Under the pieces are notes generated by a model, which did not search any database, was not told where the DNA came from, and saw only the letters and a list, made by a program, of their open reading frames with translations. A stretch of 64,000 nt of DNA from an uncultured bacterium (GTDB taxonomy: Bacteria; Patescibacteriota; Patescibacteriia; UBA1558; GWA2-36-10): positions 8,402 through 72,401 of the forward strand of contig CAINYB010000007.1 of the NCBI GenBank assembly GCA_903855135.1, given 5' to 3'. The first letter of the stretch is position 1. Every line of letters begins with the position of its first letter. Below, one piece after another: positions 40,738 to 50,993 of the stretch. Position numbers and translations under genes: made by a program.

Positions 40738-42066
40738 ATGAAAGATAAAAAATTCCATTTAATAGTCTTTGGCTGCCAGATGAATATCTCTGACGCCGAA
40801 CGTCTAGCTACCACCTTAAAATCTCTGGGCTACCAAGAAACAGATAATGAGGCTGATGCTGACTTGATCGGCGTAGTGGCTTGTTCGGTCAAACAAACAG
40901 CTGTGGACAGAATATATGGCAAAGTGCACAATTGGCAACTCGTCAAAGAAAAAAGACCACTGATCACTATGCTGTCTGGCTGTGTGCTTGATTATGATCG
41001 CCAGAAATTACAAGATAAATTTGATATTTTTCTAGACATCAAAAAGCTAGATACTCTAGCTGAAGAAATAAAAAAAGCAGCCCCAGAGGAAAAATTAGCC
41101 CTGCCCAGCTTCTTTGACATCAAGCCTAGCTATTATTCTAGCTACCGCGCTTATGTACCTATTATGACTGGCTGTAACAAATTTTGCTCTTACTGCGCTG
41201 TGCCATATACTCGTGGCCGAGAAGTATCTAGACCAAGTGCTAGTATTATCTCTGAAATAAAAGAATTATTAGAAAAAGGTTACAAAGAGATAATTTTGCT
41301 AGGTCAAAATGTAAATTCTTATGGCTTGGATAAAGCTTCCGCCAGAGGCGGATCCGCCTCTGGCGGAGGCGAAGAAGAATTAAATTTTCCACAATTATTA
41401 AAACAAATTGATAACTTAGGCGATCATTTTTGGCTAAAATTTTTAACTTCTCATCCTTATGACATGTCTGATGAATTAATTGAAGTCATGAAGCATGGTG
41501 AAAATATCAATCACTATTTACATTTACCAGTCCAGTCAGGCTCTGATGAGATATTAAAAAAAATGAATCGCCACTACTCTATCGAACATTATACGGAATT
41601 AATAAAAAAAATCCGTACTGCCCTACCAGATGTCTCCATCTCTACTGACTTAATCGTCGGCTTTGCTGGTGAGACAGAAGCTGATTTCAAAGTTACAGAA
41701 AAATTAGTTCGCGATTTAAAATTTAATTTATCTTTTACTTCACAATACTCACAAAGAACTGGCACAGTAGCAGCTAAACTTTATCCTGATGATGTATCAC
41801 AAGAAACCAAAAAAGAACGTTTTAATATCGTCAATAACCAAATCGGAAAAAATGCTAAACTATATAATCAAACTTTAGTAGGAAAAACTTTTGAAGCTTT
41901 GATTGATGTCGTAAATTGTGAAGAAAAAAAATGTAAAAATATTGGTAAACTAGCCAACTATACTGCTGTGCATGTGATCACCAAAGAGCCACTCAAAGTT
42001 GGCGGGTTTTATCAAGTGAAAATAACTCAAGCTGATGCTTGGGGAGTTTTGGCAAATTTAACATAA
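40738..42066 (+). CDS. miaB: tRNA methylthiotransferase MiaB
   Basis: GCQMN, CNKFCSYC, GQNVNSYG, TRAM domain; near miaA. Confidence 0.95.
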   Translation: MKDKKFHLIVFGCQMNISDAERLATTLKSLGYQETDNEADADLIGVVACSVKQTAVDRIYGKVHNWQLVKEKRPLITMLSGCVLDYDRQKLQDKFDIFLDIKKLDTLAEEIKKAAPEEKLALPSFFDIKPSYYSSYRAYVPIMTGCNKFCSYCAVPYTRGREVSRPSASIISEIKELLEKGYKEIILLGQNVNSYGLDKASARGGSASGGGEEELNFPQLLKQIDNLGDHFWLKFLTSHPYDMSDELIEVMKHGENINHYLHLPVQSGSDEILKKMNRHYSIEHYTELIKKIRTALPDVSISTDLIVGFAGETEADFKVTEKLVRDLKFNLSFTSQYSQRTGTVAAKLYPDDVSQETKKERFNIVNNQIGKNAKLYNQTLVGKTFEALIDVVNCEEKKCKNIGKLANYTAVHVITKEPLKVGGFYQVKITQADAWGVLANLT

Positions 42067-42103
42067 AAATAAAAGGCCCGTCCGTAGACGAGCCTTGTGG
42101 TTG

Positions 42104-42493
42104 TCATAGCAAGATCAAGTCTCGCAGTAAACTAAGCTTGACTGGCTTGGAAAGAAATTGCGCACCAAGATTGCAACACCGCAAAGAATATTCCATATGC
42201 GTGTCTATTTCGCCAGAGATCATGATTAAATGTCGCTTCGGCAAATTCGGTACTTCTTGCATTGTCCGCAAAACATCAAAACCATTAAAATTGGGCATAT
42301 TCAGATCCGTGATCACACTGTTGATGCTATAATGCTGTATGGCTGACCGCAGATCTAAAAGCCAAGTATCCCGACTTGCCAATATTGGTAAATGCCAAAT
42401 ACCCAAACTCTTCATAAGCTCAACATACACCTCAAGTTGATTGACGTCATCGTCAACCAACAAGAAGGCTGGCTTGACATTTTGTTCTGACAT
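42104..42493 (-). CDS. Single-domain response regulator (CheY-like)
   Basis: LLVDDD, TDLNMPNFNGF, ISG, FLSKP; AAAGGAGG RBS. Confidence 0.88.
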   Translation of the reverse strand: MSEQNVKPAFLLVDDDVNQLEVYVELMKSLGIWHLPILASRDTWLLDLRSAIQHYSINSVITDLNMPNFNGFDVLRTMQEVPNLPKRHLIMISGEIDTHMEYSLRCCNLGAQFLSKPVKLSLLRDLILL

Positions 42494-42575
42494 GTGCTAC
42501 CTCCTTTGGAAAAGAGCCAAACCCCATTACTTAATGGAGTTTACATTTTCGCTATTTTAACATATACTTTTAAAT

Positions 42576-43493
42576 ATGTCAACTACTACACCTAAAAAAA
42601 TAGTAATCATTTTAGGTCCGACTGCCTCTGGTAAGTCTGATTTTGCTGTATTATTAGCCAAAAAATTCAATGCTGAGATTATTTCCGCTGATTCTAGACA
42701 AATCTATCAAGAGCTAAATATTGGCGCCAATAAAATCACTAAAGCCGAGAAAAAAGGCATTAAGCATTATTTACTAGATGTAGTCAAGCCAAATCAAGAA
42801 TTTAGTTTATATGACTGGCAACAAGCCGCTTTTAAAAATATTGAAAAAATTTTGAAGAAAAATAAAATCCCCATCATTGTCGGTGGCACTGGACTTTATC
42901 TGTCCTCTATTTTACAAAATTATCAATTACCGGCTACTAATAAAGAATTAAGAAGTGAATTAAATAAACTGAGTTTAGACAAATTAATTACTAAACTCAA
43001 AAAAATAAATCCAGAGATAATAAAAAAAATTGATTTACAAAATAAAATTCATGTCGTGCGTGCTTTGGAATACGCGATTGCCTTTCATGATGATCTCAGT
43101 GCTAATCAAAAAACCAGTCAGTGTCCTTATGATTATTTAATTTTGGGCTTAAATCCAGGTAAAGAAAAACTTTATCAAAAAATAAACCAACGTGTAGATG
43201 TCATGCTAAAAAATGGTCTACTAGAAGAAAGCCAAAGGCTCCTTACCAAATATCTCCCGACGGGCGATATTTCCCCTGCTTTGTCTGGCATTGGTTACCA
43301 AGAAATAATCAAATATTTAAATAAAGAATTAAGTTTAGAAGAAGCAATAGAATTAATTAAAAAAAATACTCGACATTATGCCAAGCGTCAAATGACTTGG
43401 TTCCGACGCATGGAAAAACAAGGTTTAAAAATAAACTGGAATAAAACTTTCACCGAAGCCGAAAACTTAATCAAAGATTTTCTCAAAAAATAA
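42576..43493 (+). CDS. miaA: tRNA dimethylallyltransferase
   Basis: GPTASGKS, ISADSRQIY, VGGTGLY, YAKRQMTWF. Confidence 0.97.
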   Translation: MSTTTPKKIVIILGPTASGKSDFAVLLAKKFNAEIISADSRQIYQELNIGANKITKAEKKGIKHYLLDVVKPNQEFSLYDWQQAAFKNIEKILKKNKIPIIVGGTGLYLSSILQNYQLPATNKELRSELNKLSLDKLITKLKKINPEIIKKIDLQNKIHVVRALEYAIAFHDDLSANQKTSQCPYDYLILGLNPGKEKLYQKINQRVDVMLKNGLLEESQRLLTKYLPTGDISPALSGIGYQEIIKYLNKELSLEEAIELIKKNTRHYAKRQMTWFRRMEKQGLKINWNKTFTEAENLIKDFLKK

Positions 43494-43502
43494 GCCCCGA
43501 GT

Positions 43503-44987
43503 TTATCTCGGGGATATTTTATTTTTTATAATCTCCTCTATCTTCTGCGGATTAGCCTTACCTTTACTTTCGGCCATAACTTTACCGACAAAAAACTTTA
43601 ATAATGCTTCTTTGCCATTTTTTAATTCTGCTAATTGTTCTGGATAAAGCATAAAAACTTTTACTACCAAGTCTTCTAGCGTCGCTAAATCATCTATCTG
43701 ACCTAAATCTAGTTTTTCTAACAAATGGCTTGGGTCGTCTCCGGTTTCAAACATTTGTGCCAAAATAGTTTGCCCAGCACTACTATTTATAGTATGATCA
43801 TAAATCAAGCTTAAAAACTCTGCCATATTTTCTGGCGTAATTTTTAAATCACTAAATTTAAAATCATTTGCTAATAATTTAAATACCTCTGATGTCAACC
43901 AACTACAAGTAAGTTTAGCTAATTTAGCTTTATTATTTTCCCAAGGCACTTCTGCTTTTTGCTCAAACCAAATCGCTAATTCAGAAATAACACTTTCAAA
44001 ATAATCCGCCCAATCTTTATTTTTAACTAAGACTTCTACTTCATTAAAATTTAAATCATATTCACTCATCAAACGCGCCAATTTTGCCTGTGGTAATTCT
44101 GGCATCGAAGCTTTACTATGAACTAATAATTCATCACTTATAATCAGTGGCGGTAAATCTGGCTCAGGAAAATAGCGATAATCACTCGAACCCTCTTTAG
44201 TGCGTTGCTCTACTGTCACTTGTTTATTTTCATCCCAGCCACGAGTAGAAGTAAAATTTGGCGCAGCTTTTTGCTCCCAAAGTTCAGTTTGTCTCTTTAC
44301 TTCGTATTGCAAAGCTCTTTCCACTGATCGAAAAGAGTTGAGATTTTTCACTTCTGTTTTAGGATAAAATTTTATGTCCCCCATTGGTCGTAAAGAAATA
44401 TTGGCATCGCACCTTAAATGTCCTTTTTCCATATCTGCTTCTGAGACACCTAAGTAACGTGCTAATAATCTCAAATCTTGTAAAAATATTTTAGCTTCAG
44501 CTGGATCTCTAAAATCTGGTTTAGAAACAATCTCCGCTAAGGGTGTGCCAGCTCTATTAAAATCCACTAAAGTCTGGCCGTCTTGATGAATATTTTTAGC
44601 GGCATCTTCTTCTAAATGCAATCTTTCGATACCAATTCTTTTTTGCTTACCATCATGATTGATAATCACAAAACCATTCACCGCCAAAGGTTGATCAAAC
44701 TGCGAGATCTGATAGCCCTTTGGTAAATCAGGATAAAAATAATTTTTACGATCAAACTTTGAAGTTTGGTTAATCTGACAATGCAAAGCTAAAGCAAAAT
44801 TTAAGCCAAACTTCACTGCTGACTGATTAACAGCTGGCAAAGTACCAGGATGTCCTAAACAAATCGGACAAATAGTAGTATTGACCGGCTGATTTTCACC
44901 ATCATTAGAGCAAGCACAAAACATCTTGCTTTTTGTTTTGAGCTGTAAGTGAATCTCCAAACCAATGATTGTTTCTAATTTATTCAT
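43503..44987 (-). CDS. gatB: Asp/Glu-tRNA amidotransferase subunit B
   Basis: IGLEIH, FDRKNYFYPDLPKGYQISQ, YRYFPEPDL. Confidence 0.98.
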   Translation of the reverse strand: MNKLETIIGLEIHLQLKTKSKMFCACSNDGENQPVNTTICPICLGHPGTLPAVNQSAVKFGLNFALALHCQINQTSKFDRKNYFYPDLPKGYQISQFDQPLAVNGFVIINHDGKQKRIGIERLHLEEDAAKNIHQDGQTLVDFNRAGTPLAEIVSKPDFRDPAEAKIFLQDLRLLARYLGVSEADMEKGHLRCDANISLRPMGDIKFYPKTEVKNLNSFRSVERALQYEVKRQTELWEQKAAPNFTSTRGWDENKQVTVEQRTKEGSSDYRYFPEPDLPPLIISDELLVHSKASMPELPQAKLARLMSEYDLNFNEVEVLVKNKDWADYFESVISELAIWFEQKAEVPWENNKAKLAKLTCSWLTSEVFKLLANDFKFSDLKITPENMAEFLSLIYDHTINSSAGQTILAQMFETGDDPSHLLEKLDLGQIDDLATLEDLVVKVFMLYPEQLAELKNGKEALLKFFVGKVMAESKGKANPQKIEEIIKNKISPR

Positions 44988-44999
44988 AATTGAATGCTA

Positions 45000-45644
45000 T
45001 CACCCACGGGGTGACCGCCCTGTGGGCGGTAAAATAAAACTAACTATTTTTTTAATATTCTCAGCTACCTCTTCAATGCTTTCAAAAGCAGGAATAATGT
45101 GCCAATTCTTTTTAGTTTTTACTTGGGTCAAATATCCAGTCCTTACTTTTTCATGAAAATCTTTTTTTTCCACATCAAGTCTATCAACTTTATATAATCT
45201 ATCTCTAGTTTCCGCTTGCTCGGGTGTGATGTCTAAATAAATTACTAAGTCTGGTTCAAGATTATCTTTAGCCCAATTATTCATCGTCACTATTTCTGCT
45301 AAATCTAGCTGTCTGGCTGCACCCTGATAAGCAAAAGTAGAACCATCAAAACGATCGCACAAAACTATTTTCCCGGCAGCCAAAGCCGGTTTTACTACCT
45401 CTTCGATATGTTGAGCTCGCGCTGCTAAAAAAAGTAATAGCTCTGTGCGTGCGTGCATCGCTGTATGCTCTTTATCTAAAATAAGAGCGCGAATTTTTTC
45501 AGCAATTTGTGAGCCATTACCGCCTGGTTCTCTAGTTAAAATCACATCAAAATTTTTAGACAACAAATACTGATGCAATAAGTTCAGTTGAGTGCTTTTT
45601 CCTGATTTTTCCCCTCCTTCAAAGACAATAAATCTTCCTTGCAT
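45000..45644 (-). CDS. tmk: Thymidylate kinase
   Basis: FEGGEKSGKST, TREPG, DRF, AYQG. Confidence 0.95.
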   Translation of the reverse strand: MQGRFIVFEGGEKSGKSTQLNLLHQYLLSKNFDVILTREPGGNGSQIAEKIRALILDKEHTAMHARTELLLFLAARAQHIEEVVKPALAAGKIVLCDRFDGSTFAYQGAARQLDLAEIVTMNNWAKDNLEPDLVIYLDITPEQAETRDRLYKVDRLDVEKKDFHEKVRTGYLTQVKTKKNWHIIPAFESIEEVAENIKKIVSFILPPTGRSPRG

Positions 45645-45729
45645 AGGCTAAATATAGCATAATTTTTATGATAAAAAAAGACCGCCCCGGTGTCATCCTC
45701 GCGTATGCGGGGACCGGGGCGGTATCAGA

Positions 45730-46305
45730 CTAGGCACGTTGAGCCATTGCCTTGTTGAAACAAGAGCGACAAACGGGTTTATAGTCATCTCCAACTTCAA
45801 TATCGGCAGTAGAGCTAGAAACACGTAGACTATGAGAAGCCAGATGACCACAATACGCACAAATCGCATGCAACCTTTTATCAATGTCTGCTTCCGCTAA
45901 CAAATCGCCCACTCCCTTAAAATGTGTGCCGTCCCACTTTTTATCCAAAGCAGCGATCACAACACTAATGCCATGCATAGCCAACTCTTTGGCTAAGATT
46001 AAGAGCTCGTCTGTTTCCAAAAATTGAGCTTCATCGATAGCCACCACATCAAGTGGCTCATCTTTATGCTCATCTAGATACAGTCTTATCCCAGCCACAC
46101 TGTCTACTACCACGGCCTTCATTTTGCCACCATTGTGAGTAGTCACACAGTCATCGCCGGAACGTGTATCTACCTTTGGTTTGAAAATCACTCCTATTTT
46201 TTGAGCATGTGAAAAACGACGCATCGTACGCGTCAATTCTTCTGATTTACCAGCGTACATGCCGCCAGTAATCATCATGATCCATCCGCCTTGAAAATCC
46301 TCCAT
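45730..46305 (-). CDS. tdk: Thymidine kinase
   Basis: GGMYAGKS, IDEAQF, C-terminal Zn Cys pairs. Confidence 0.93.
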   Translation of the reverse strand: MEDFQGGWIMMITGGMYAGKSEELTRTMRRFSHAQKIGVIFKPKVDTRSGDDCVTTHNGGKMKAVVVDSVAGIRLYLDEHKDEPLDVVAIDEAQFLETDELLILAKELAMHGISVVIAALDKKWDGTHFKGVGDLLAEADIDKRLHAICAYCGHLASHSLRVSSSTADIEVGDDYKPVCRSCFNKAMAQRA

Positions 46306-46367
46306 TGTTCTGTCTCCTTATGTTATGAACTTTGTTTCTAAATTTTTACCCCGTTGAATAATCGGGG

Positions 46368-46790
46368 TTAATAACCGGAAGAATTAAAACCTTTTTCTCC
46401 TCGATTAGTGTCTGATAATTCTTCTACTTCTTCAAATTCTGTAATTTCTATTTTTTGAATTAACATCTGCGCAACTCTATCACCTGTTTTAATCTGATAA
46501 TCAGTTTGTGATAAATTGGTCATCACAATGCCAATCTCACCACGATAATTACTATCTATAATTCCTGCTAAAGTATGTAGCGCGTGTTTAGCTGACATCC
46601 CAGAACGATCACGAATATTACCGACAAAACCAACGGGAATTTCTAGCGCTAAGCCAGTGGGAATTATTTTTGTTTCTCCAGGATGCAATAAAACATCTTC
46701 ACAAGTAGCTAAATCAAAAGCTGCATCACCTTGACGCATCATCTGCGGTAAAATTGCATTAGCTTTTAATTTTTTTACTTTTATTTTCAT
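46368..46790 (-). CDS. dut: dUTP diphosphatase
   Basis: RSG, GIIDSNYRGE, RVAQ, RGEKGFNSSG. Confidence 0.95.
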   Translation of the reverse strand: MKIKVKKLKANAILPQMMRQGDAAFDLATCEDVLLHPGETKIIPTGLALEIPVGFVGNIRDRSGMSAKHALHTLAGIIDSNYRGEIGIVMTNLSQTDYQIKTGDRVAQMLIQKIEITEFEEVEELSDTNRGEKGFNSSGY

Positions 46791-47263
46791 GATTTTATTA
46801 ATTCTAAAAATTTATATTTTAAGCCTTGAGCATTTTGTTGCTCTTCCTCTTTAATAATTTGAAAATTACTATAGTTTGGAAACCACACGTCAGCCTGGTA
46901 TTCAGCGTCGATAATAGTCAAATATATTTTATCTACTAATTTAATAGCTTGCTCATAAACACTAGCACCACCGATAAAAAATACTTCAGCTTGATCTTTG
47001 CTTTTGGCAAATTCTAAAGCTTTATCTAAATCATCAAACACAAAACAATCTGCTGCTGTAAAATTTTTGTCTTGAGACAAAACTATATTGACGCGATTTG
47101 GTAAAGCTCTGCCAATAGACAAATAAGTATTTTGCCCCATGATCACTGGATGACCAGAAGTAATTTTTTTAAAATGAGCTAAATCTTCAGGCAAATGTAC
47201 TAACAATTTATTTTGATAGCCTAAAGCTCTGTTTTTGTCTATCGCTGCAATAATGCTAATCAT
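46787..47263 (-). CDS. folA: Dihydrofolate reductase
   Basis: LPEDLAHFK, VIMG, LPNRVN, IGGA. Confidence 0.95.
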   Translation of the reverse strand: MISIIAAIDKNRALGYQNKLLVHLPEDLAHFKKITSGHPVIMGQNTYLSIGRALPNRVNIVLSQDKNFTAADCFVFDDLDKALEFAKSKDQAEVFFIGGASVYEQAIKLVDKIYLTIIDAEYQADVWFPNYSNFQIIKEEEQQNAQGLKYKFLELIKS

Positions 47264-47268
47264 ATATT

Positions 47269-48150
47269 TTATACGGCAATTGGTGCCTTAATGCTAGAAT
47301 ATGACTCATAGCCTTCTAAAATAAAATCTTCATACTTAAAAGAAAAAATATCTTTAACTTCTTTGTTGATTTTCATAGTTGGTAATTTTTTTGGTATACG
47401 AGATAACTGTAAATCTACTTGCTCAAAATGATTTTTATAAATATGCACATCACCAAAAGTATGGACAAAATCACCTAAACCCAAATTCGTCACTTGCGCT
47501 ATCATCATCGTCAGTAAGGCATAAGAAGCAATATTAAATGGCACTCCTAAAAAAACATCCGCACTTCTTTGATACATCTGACAAGATAGTTTATTATCAC
47601 TGACATAAAACTGGAATAAAGCGTGGCAAGGTGGCAACATCATGCTATCTGCTTGTACTGGATTGTAAGTCACGACCATGATGCGACGTGAATCTGGATT
47701 TTTTTTCAGTGTGTCTACTACATTTTGTATTTGATCAATGCCTTGACTATTAAAATTGCGCCACTGATAGCCATAGACCGGCCCTAAATCTGCCCATTTG
47801 AGAGCAAAGTCATGATCATCTTTAATTTTTTGGATAAACTCTTCTTGGCTCAAAAGATAGCTATGATCTACACCCATCTTTTTTTTGTATTCAGCATATG
47901 GCCAAGCATCCCAAATATGCACATCATTATCTACTAAATATTTGATATTTGTATCCCCCGCTAAAAACCAAAGTAATTCATGAATAATGCCTTTTAAAAA
48001 AACTTTTTTAGTAGTAAGCAAGGGAAAACCCGCGTTTAAATCAAATCTTAATTGAGCACCAAAAAGACTGCGAGTTCCAGTTCCGGTTCTATCAGCTTTA
48101 TCGTGTCCTTCGTTTTTTATTTTCTGTAGCAAGTCTAAATACTGTCGCAT
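47269..48150 (-). CDS. thyA: Thymidylate synthase
   Basis: [26 protein letters not shown]. Confidence 0.98.
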   Translation of the reverse strand: MRQYLDLLQKIKNEGHDKADRTGTGTRSLFGAQLRFDLNAGFPLLTTKKVFLKGIIHELLWFLAGDTNIKYLVDNDVHIWDAWPYAEYKKKMGVDHSYLLSQEEFIQKIKDDHDFALKWADLGPVYGYQWRNFNSQGIDQIQNVVDTLKKNPDSRRIMVVTYNPVQADSMMLPPCHALFQFYVSDNKLSCQMYQRSADVFLGVPFNIASYALLTMMIAQVTNLGLGDFVHTFGDVHIYKNHFEQVDLQLSRIPKKLPTMKINKEVKDIFSFKYEDFILEGYESYSSIKAPIAV

Positions 48151-48151
48151 C

Positions 48152-48694
48152 TTAATTTACTAGCTTATCTAATTGTTTTTGTAAATCTTCTAAACTGCCA
48201 TCATTATTAATAACTATATCAGCCGCTTTCATGGTATCTAAAATAGTAAGTTCTGTCTCTAACTGATGATCAGCTTGAAATTGTTCCCAAGTTTTATTTT
48301 GATCGTCAGAATTTTCATCTCGCTTTAACAATCTCTGATAACGAATCTTCATCTCAGATTCAATGGAAACTAATTTAAAATTCGGCAAAACTCGTAAATA
48401 TTTGACATCTTCCATACGTCTGATGCCGTCAACTACGATTAATTCTGCTTGAGAGTTTTCGACATCTTTGGCCATCACTTTGGCCATCAAATCTTGACCA
48501 AAAAATTCTCGCAACACTGTAGAAATGCCAGATAAATTTTCTCGTGAATGTTCCATGTATAGTCTGCTACAAACATCTCGCAACATCGTAGAAAAACGAA
48601 AAGTTTCCGCTTGATACTTTTCTTTGAGATATTGAGTGGCAGTGCCTTTACCGCAAGCGATTAAACCCGTAAAACCTAAAATTATTTTTGGCAT
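48152..48694 (-). CDS. P-loop nucleotide kinase (dNMP / dephospho-CoA kinase-like)
   Basis: [24 protein letters not shown]; located in the dTTP cluster. Confidence 0.75.
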   Translation of the reverse strand: MPKIILGFTGLIACGKGTATQYLKEKYQAETFRFSTMLRDVCSRLYMEHSRENLSGISTVLREFFGQDLMAKVMAKDVENSQAELIVVDGIRRMEDVKYLRVLPNFKLVSIESEMKIRYQRLLKRDENSDDQNKTWEQFQADHQLETELTILDTMKAADIVINNDGSLEDLQKQLDKLVN

Positions 48695-49170
48695 TATGCT
48701 AAAATTAATTTTTTACTTGGTGTATACTGACGATATTTCACACCAGCTAAATCAAATAATTTTCTGGCAGCAATAAAAATATCTTCATCATGATATTTAT
48801 CACTTTGATAAATTACTTCCTTTATACCATTTTGAATAATAGTTTTAGCACATTCATTACAAGGAAAAAGTCCACAATAAATTTTTGCGCCTTCACAAGA
48901 CTCATTAGCATTATAAATAGCGTTAGCTTCACCATGCACTACGTAGGGATATTTTGTATTTAAAAAATCGCCTTCTCTATCCCAAGGTAATTCTCCTTGC
49001 TCAATATTACGTGGCCAACCATTGTAGCCTAAACCTAAAACAACGTTATTTTGATTCACTATGACTGCTCCAACTTGAGTAGACGGATCTTTTGAGCGTT
49101 GAGAAGTTAAATCAGCCATTAACATAAAAGTATCATCCCAAGATAAAAAATTTTCTCTCCCTTTTTCCAT
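48694..49170 (-). CDS. dCMP deaminase
   Basis: RSKDPSTQVGA, HGEANA, PCNEC. Confidence 0.93.
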   Translation of the reverse strand: MEKGRENFLSWDDTFMLMADLTSQRSKDPSTQVGAVIVNQNNVVLGLGYNGWPRNIEQGELPWDREGDFLNTKYPYVVHGEANAIYNANESCEGAKIYCGLFPCNECAKTIIQNGIKEVIYQSDKYHDEDIFIAARKLFDLAGVKYRQYTPSKKLILA

Positions 49171-49301
49171 ATATTTTTATTTGTTTACTCGCCCAGTGGG
49201 CGATGAATTATTATCCCTATTATTTTATCAAGCTTTAGTATGATTCGTAAAGTTGACAATAATGCCATTTTGTTGCCTGCTCCGCCGAAGCAAGGCGAGC
49301 C

Positions 49302-49847
49302 CTAAATTTTCTTTAGTTTTTTCTCCAAAATCTTATAGCTGGGTATGGTTTTAGCAACTTGCACCCAAAAAGCTTTGCTATGATTCATCTCTTGCAAATG
49401 ACAAAGCTCATGCACAATCACCATATCAGCTAAATCTTGAGGTAACAAACACAAACGATAGTTAAAATTTAAATTCTTTTTACTAGAGCACGATCCCCAA
49501 CGACTACTCTGATTTCTGACTGCTATTCTATTATATTGAAAATTATAAAATTGATTAAAATATTTTAAACGTTCTTCTACTAAAACTTTAGTTTGTTTTT
49601 TATATTTAGTGATTTCTAAAGCTGTATGTTTAAGAGAAAATAAACTATTTCTAGTTTTTATTTTTACCAAGCTATCCTCCAGCCAAGCTTGTTTAGTTTG
49701 TAAAAAATTTTTAATCAAAAACAAAGGATAGACTCTACCCACTGATAAAACAATCCGTCCGTCAGCCTTGACTGACAAACGTAAAGATCGCATGCCTTTT
49801 TTTCTTTTGATTTCTATCTGATGATTAAAAATGTTTACAAAACTCAT
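49302..49847 (-). CDS. YgjP/DUF45-like metallopeptidase-fold protein
   Basis: RWGSCS, HELCHL, NHSKAFW. Confidence 0.88.
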   Translation of the reverse strand: MSFVNIFNHQIEIKRKKGMRSLRLSVKADGRIVLSVGRVYPLFLIKNFLQTKQAWLEDSLVKIKTRNSLFSLKHTALEITKYKKQTKVLVEERLKYFNQFYNFQYNRIAVRNQSSRWGSCSSKKNLNFNYRLCLLPQDLADMVIVHELCHLQEMNHSKAFWVQVAKTIPSYKILEKKLKKI

Positions 49848-49861
49848 ATTTTATGCTATAC

Positions 49862-50068
49862 AAAAGTCAACGAGCTCATTTCAGTCCACCTCCCTCAGCC
49901 GCAGTGGCGTCGGTCCTTCTCAGGGACAAGCGCAACGACACCACGTTGATTTTGCTGGTCGTCCCGATGACGCCTGTTGTCGGGACGACTCCTTTGCCCC
50001 TTCTGGCTGGCGGCACTTCGTGTCGCTGACTTGGCTAGCCGCTGGACTCTCCTCGAGAGTCCAGCGGC
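49862..50068 (+). other. GC-rich multi-hairpin element (ncRNA or MITE candidate)
   Basis: At least four stems in ~205 bp; most wobble pairs are G-U on the + strand. Confidence 0.55.
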
Positions 50069-50076
50069 ACTTTATT

Positions 50077-50454
50077 TTATATAGATTTTTCCAAAGATTG
50101 TTTTGCGCTTTCAGTATAAGCCCGAGCTAAACCACCTACTCCTAATTTTACTCCCCCAAAATATCTGACAACTACTATTAAACAATTATTTACTTCTTTC
50201 TTTTTCAATAAAAATAAAATCGCCGAGCCAGCTGAACCAGCTGGTTCTTTATCTTCGGTATATTTTTCTTTCAAAATCCCCGCTTCTTCTAAACGATAAG
50301 CCCAAACAAAATGCCGAGCATCGCTATACTCGGCTTTTATCTGACTAATAATTGCTTTAAGCTCTGTTTCTGTAGAAACAAAAAAACTAAAAGCTAAAAA
50401 TTTTGATTTTTTAACTTCGAGTTTGCTTGGCAAGAAACTTACTTTATTGTTCAT
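50077..50454 (-). CDS. YigZ/IMPACT family protein (N-terminal domain only)
   Basis: KKSKFLA, EPAGSAG, VVRYFGGVKLGVGGLARAY. Confidence 0.9.
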   Translation of the reverse strand: MNNKVSFLPSKLEVKKSKFLAFSFFVSTETELKAIISQIKAEYSDARHFVWAYRLEEAGILKEKYTEDKEPAGSAGSAILFLLKKKEVNNCLIVVVRYFGGVKLGVGGLARAYTESAKQSLEKSI

Positions 50455-50698
50455 CAACTATTTCTCGCTCTTTGTTTTCTGCTTTGTGTTCGGGCTTATG
50501 TTTAAAAGCGCCGTTACACCACATGAAATTATCTAGCTCATCACGTTGTAATAAATCTAAACCAAACAAGATCAAAATCACAGGCCAGATAAAAGACCAA
50601 AAACTACTGTTAATAATGCCAATGGTATCTAAAAACCATAAAACACCGACGATGACCAAAACAAGGCCAAATGACATAAATTTTTTTCTTTTGTGCAT
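50444..50698 (-). CDS. Small membrane protein (LiaF/LiaI-like, DUF5668)
   Basis: GLVLVIVGVLWFL...WPVILILFG. Confidence 0.7.
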   Translation of the reverse strand: MHKRKKFMSFGLVLVIVGVLWFLDTIGIINSSFWSFIWPVILILFGLDLLQRDELDNFMWCNGAFKHKPEHKAENKEREIVDEQ

Positions 50699-50993
50699 AA
50701 AATTTACTTTTATTATCCCCGCTACGCGGGGATATATATTAAGAATTGATTAAAACTAGCTGACTACGTATATACGGGAATATACATGAATTAATAGTTA
50801 ACTCTTGATGCTTCTTTATTCTCCGCCGTCGGCGGAGAAAACCAGCAACTGTATATAGTCTTATCTTACTATTTTCCCCTATAAAAATCAATGTTTTTAA
50901 TTTGACAAAAAACTCTGCTTATGACATGCTAATTATATAATAATTAATGTTTTAACTAGCTAAAAATAGCTAAAACACAAGAAACAAGAGACA

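Noticed and set aside
50038-50068. RNase P RNA, because the minus strand reads GAGGAGAGTCC
   Set aside because: The match is just one arm of a perfect palindrome, and the conserved 3' P4 sequence is not seen.
49831-50130. + strand 99-aa ORF over the structured island
   Set aside because: It overlaps two minus-strand genes, and the open frame is explained by high GC hairpins.
50757-50860. Riboswitch upstream of the DUF5668-like gene (ATCAAGAG seen on the minus strand)
   Set aside because: The other conserved SAM-I elements are absent; only weak hairpins and a dispersed palindrome are present.
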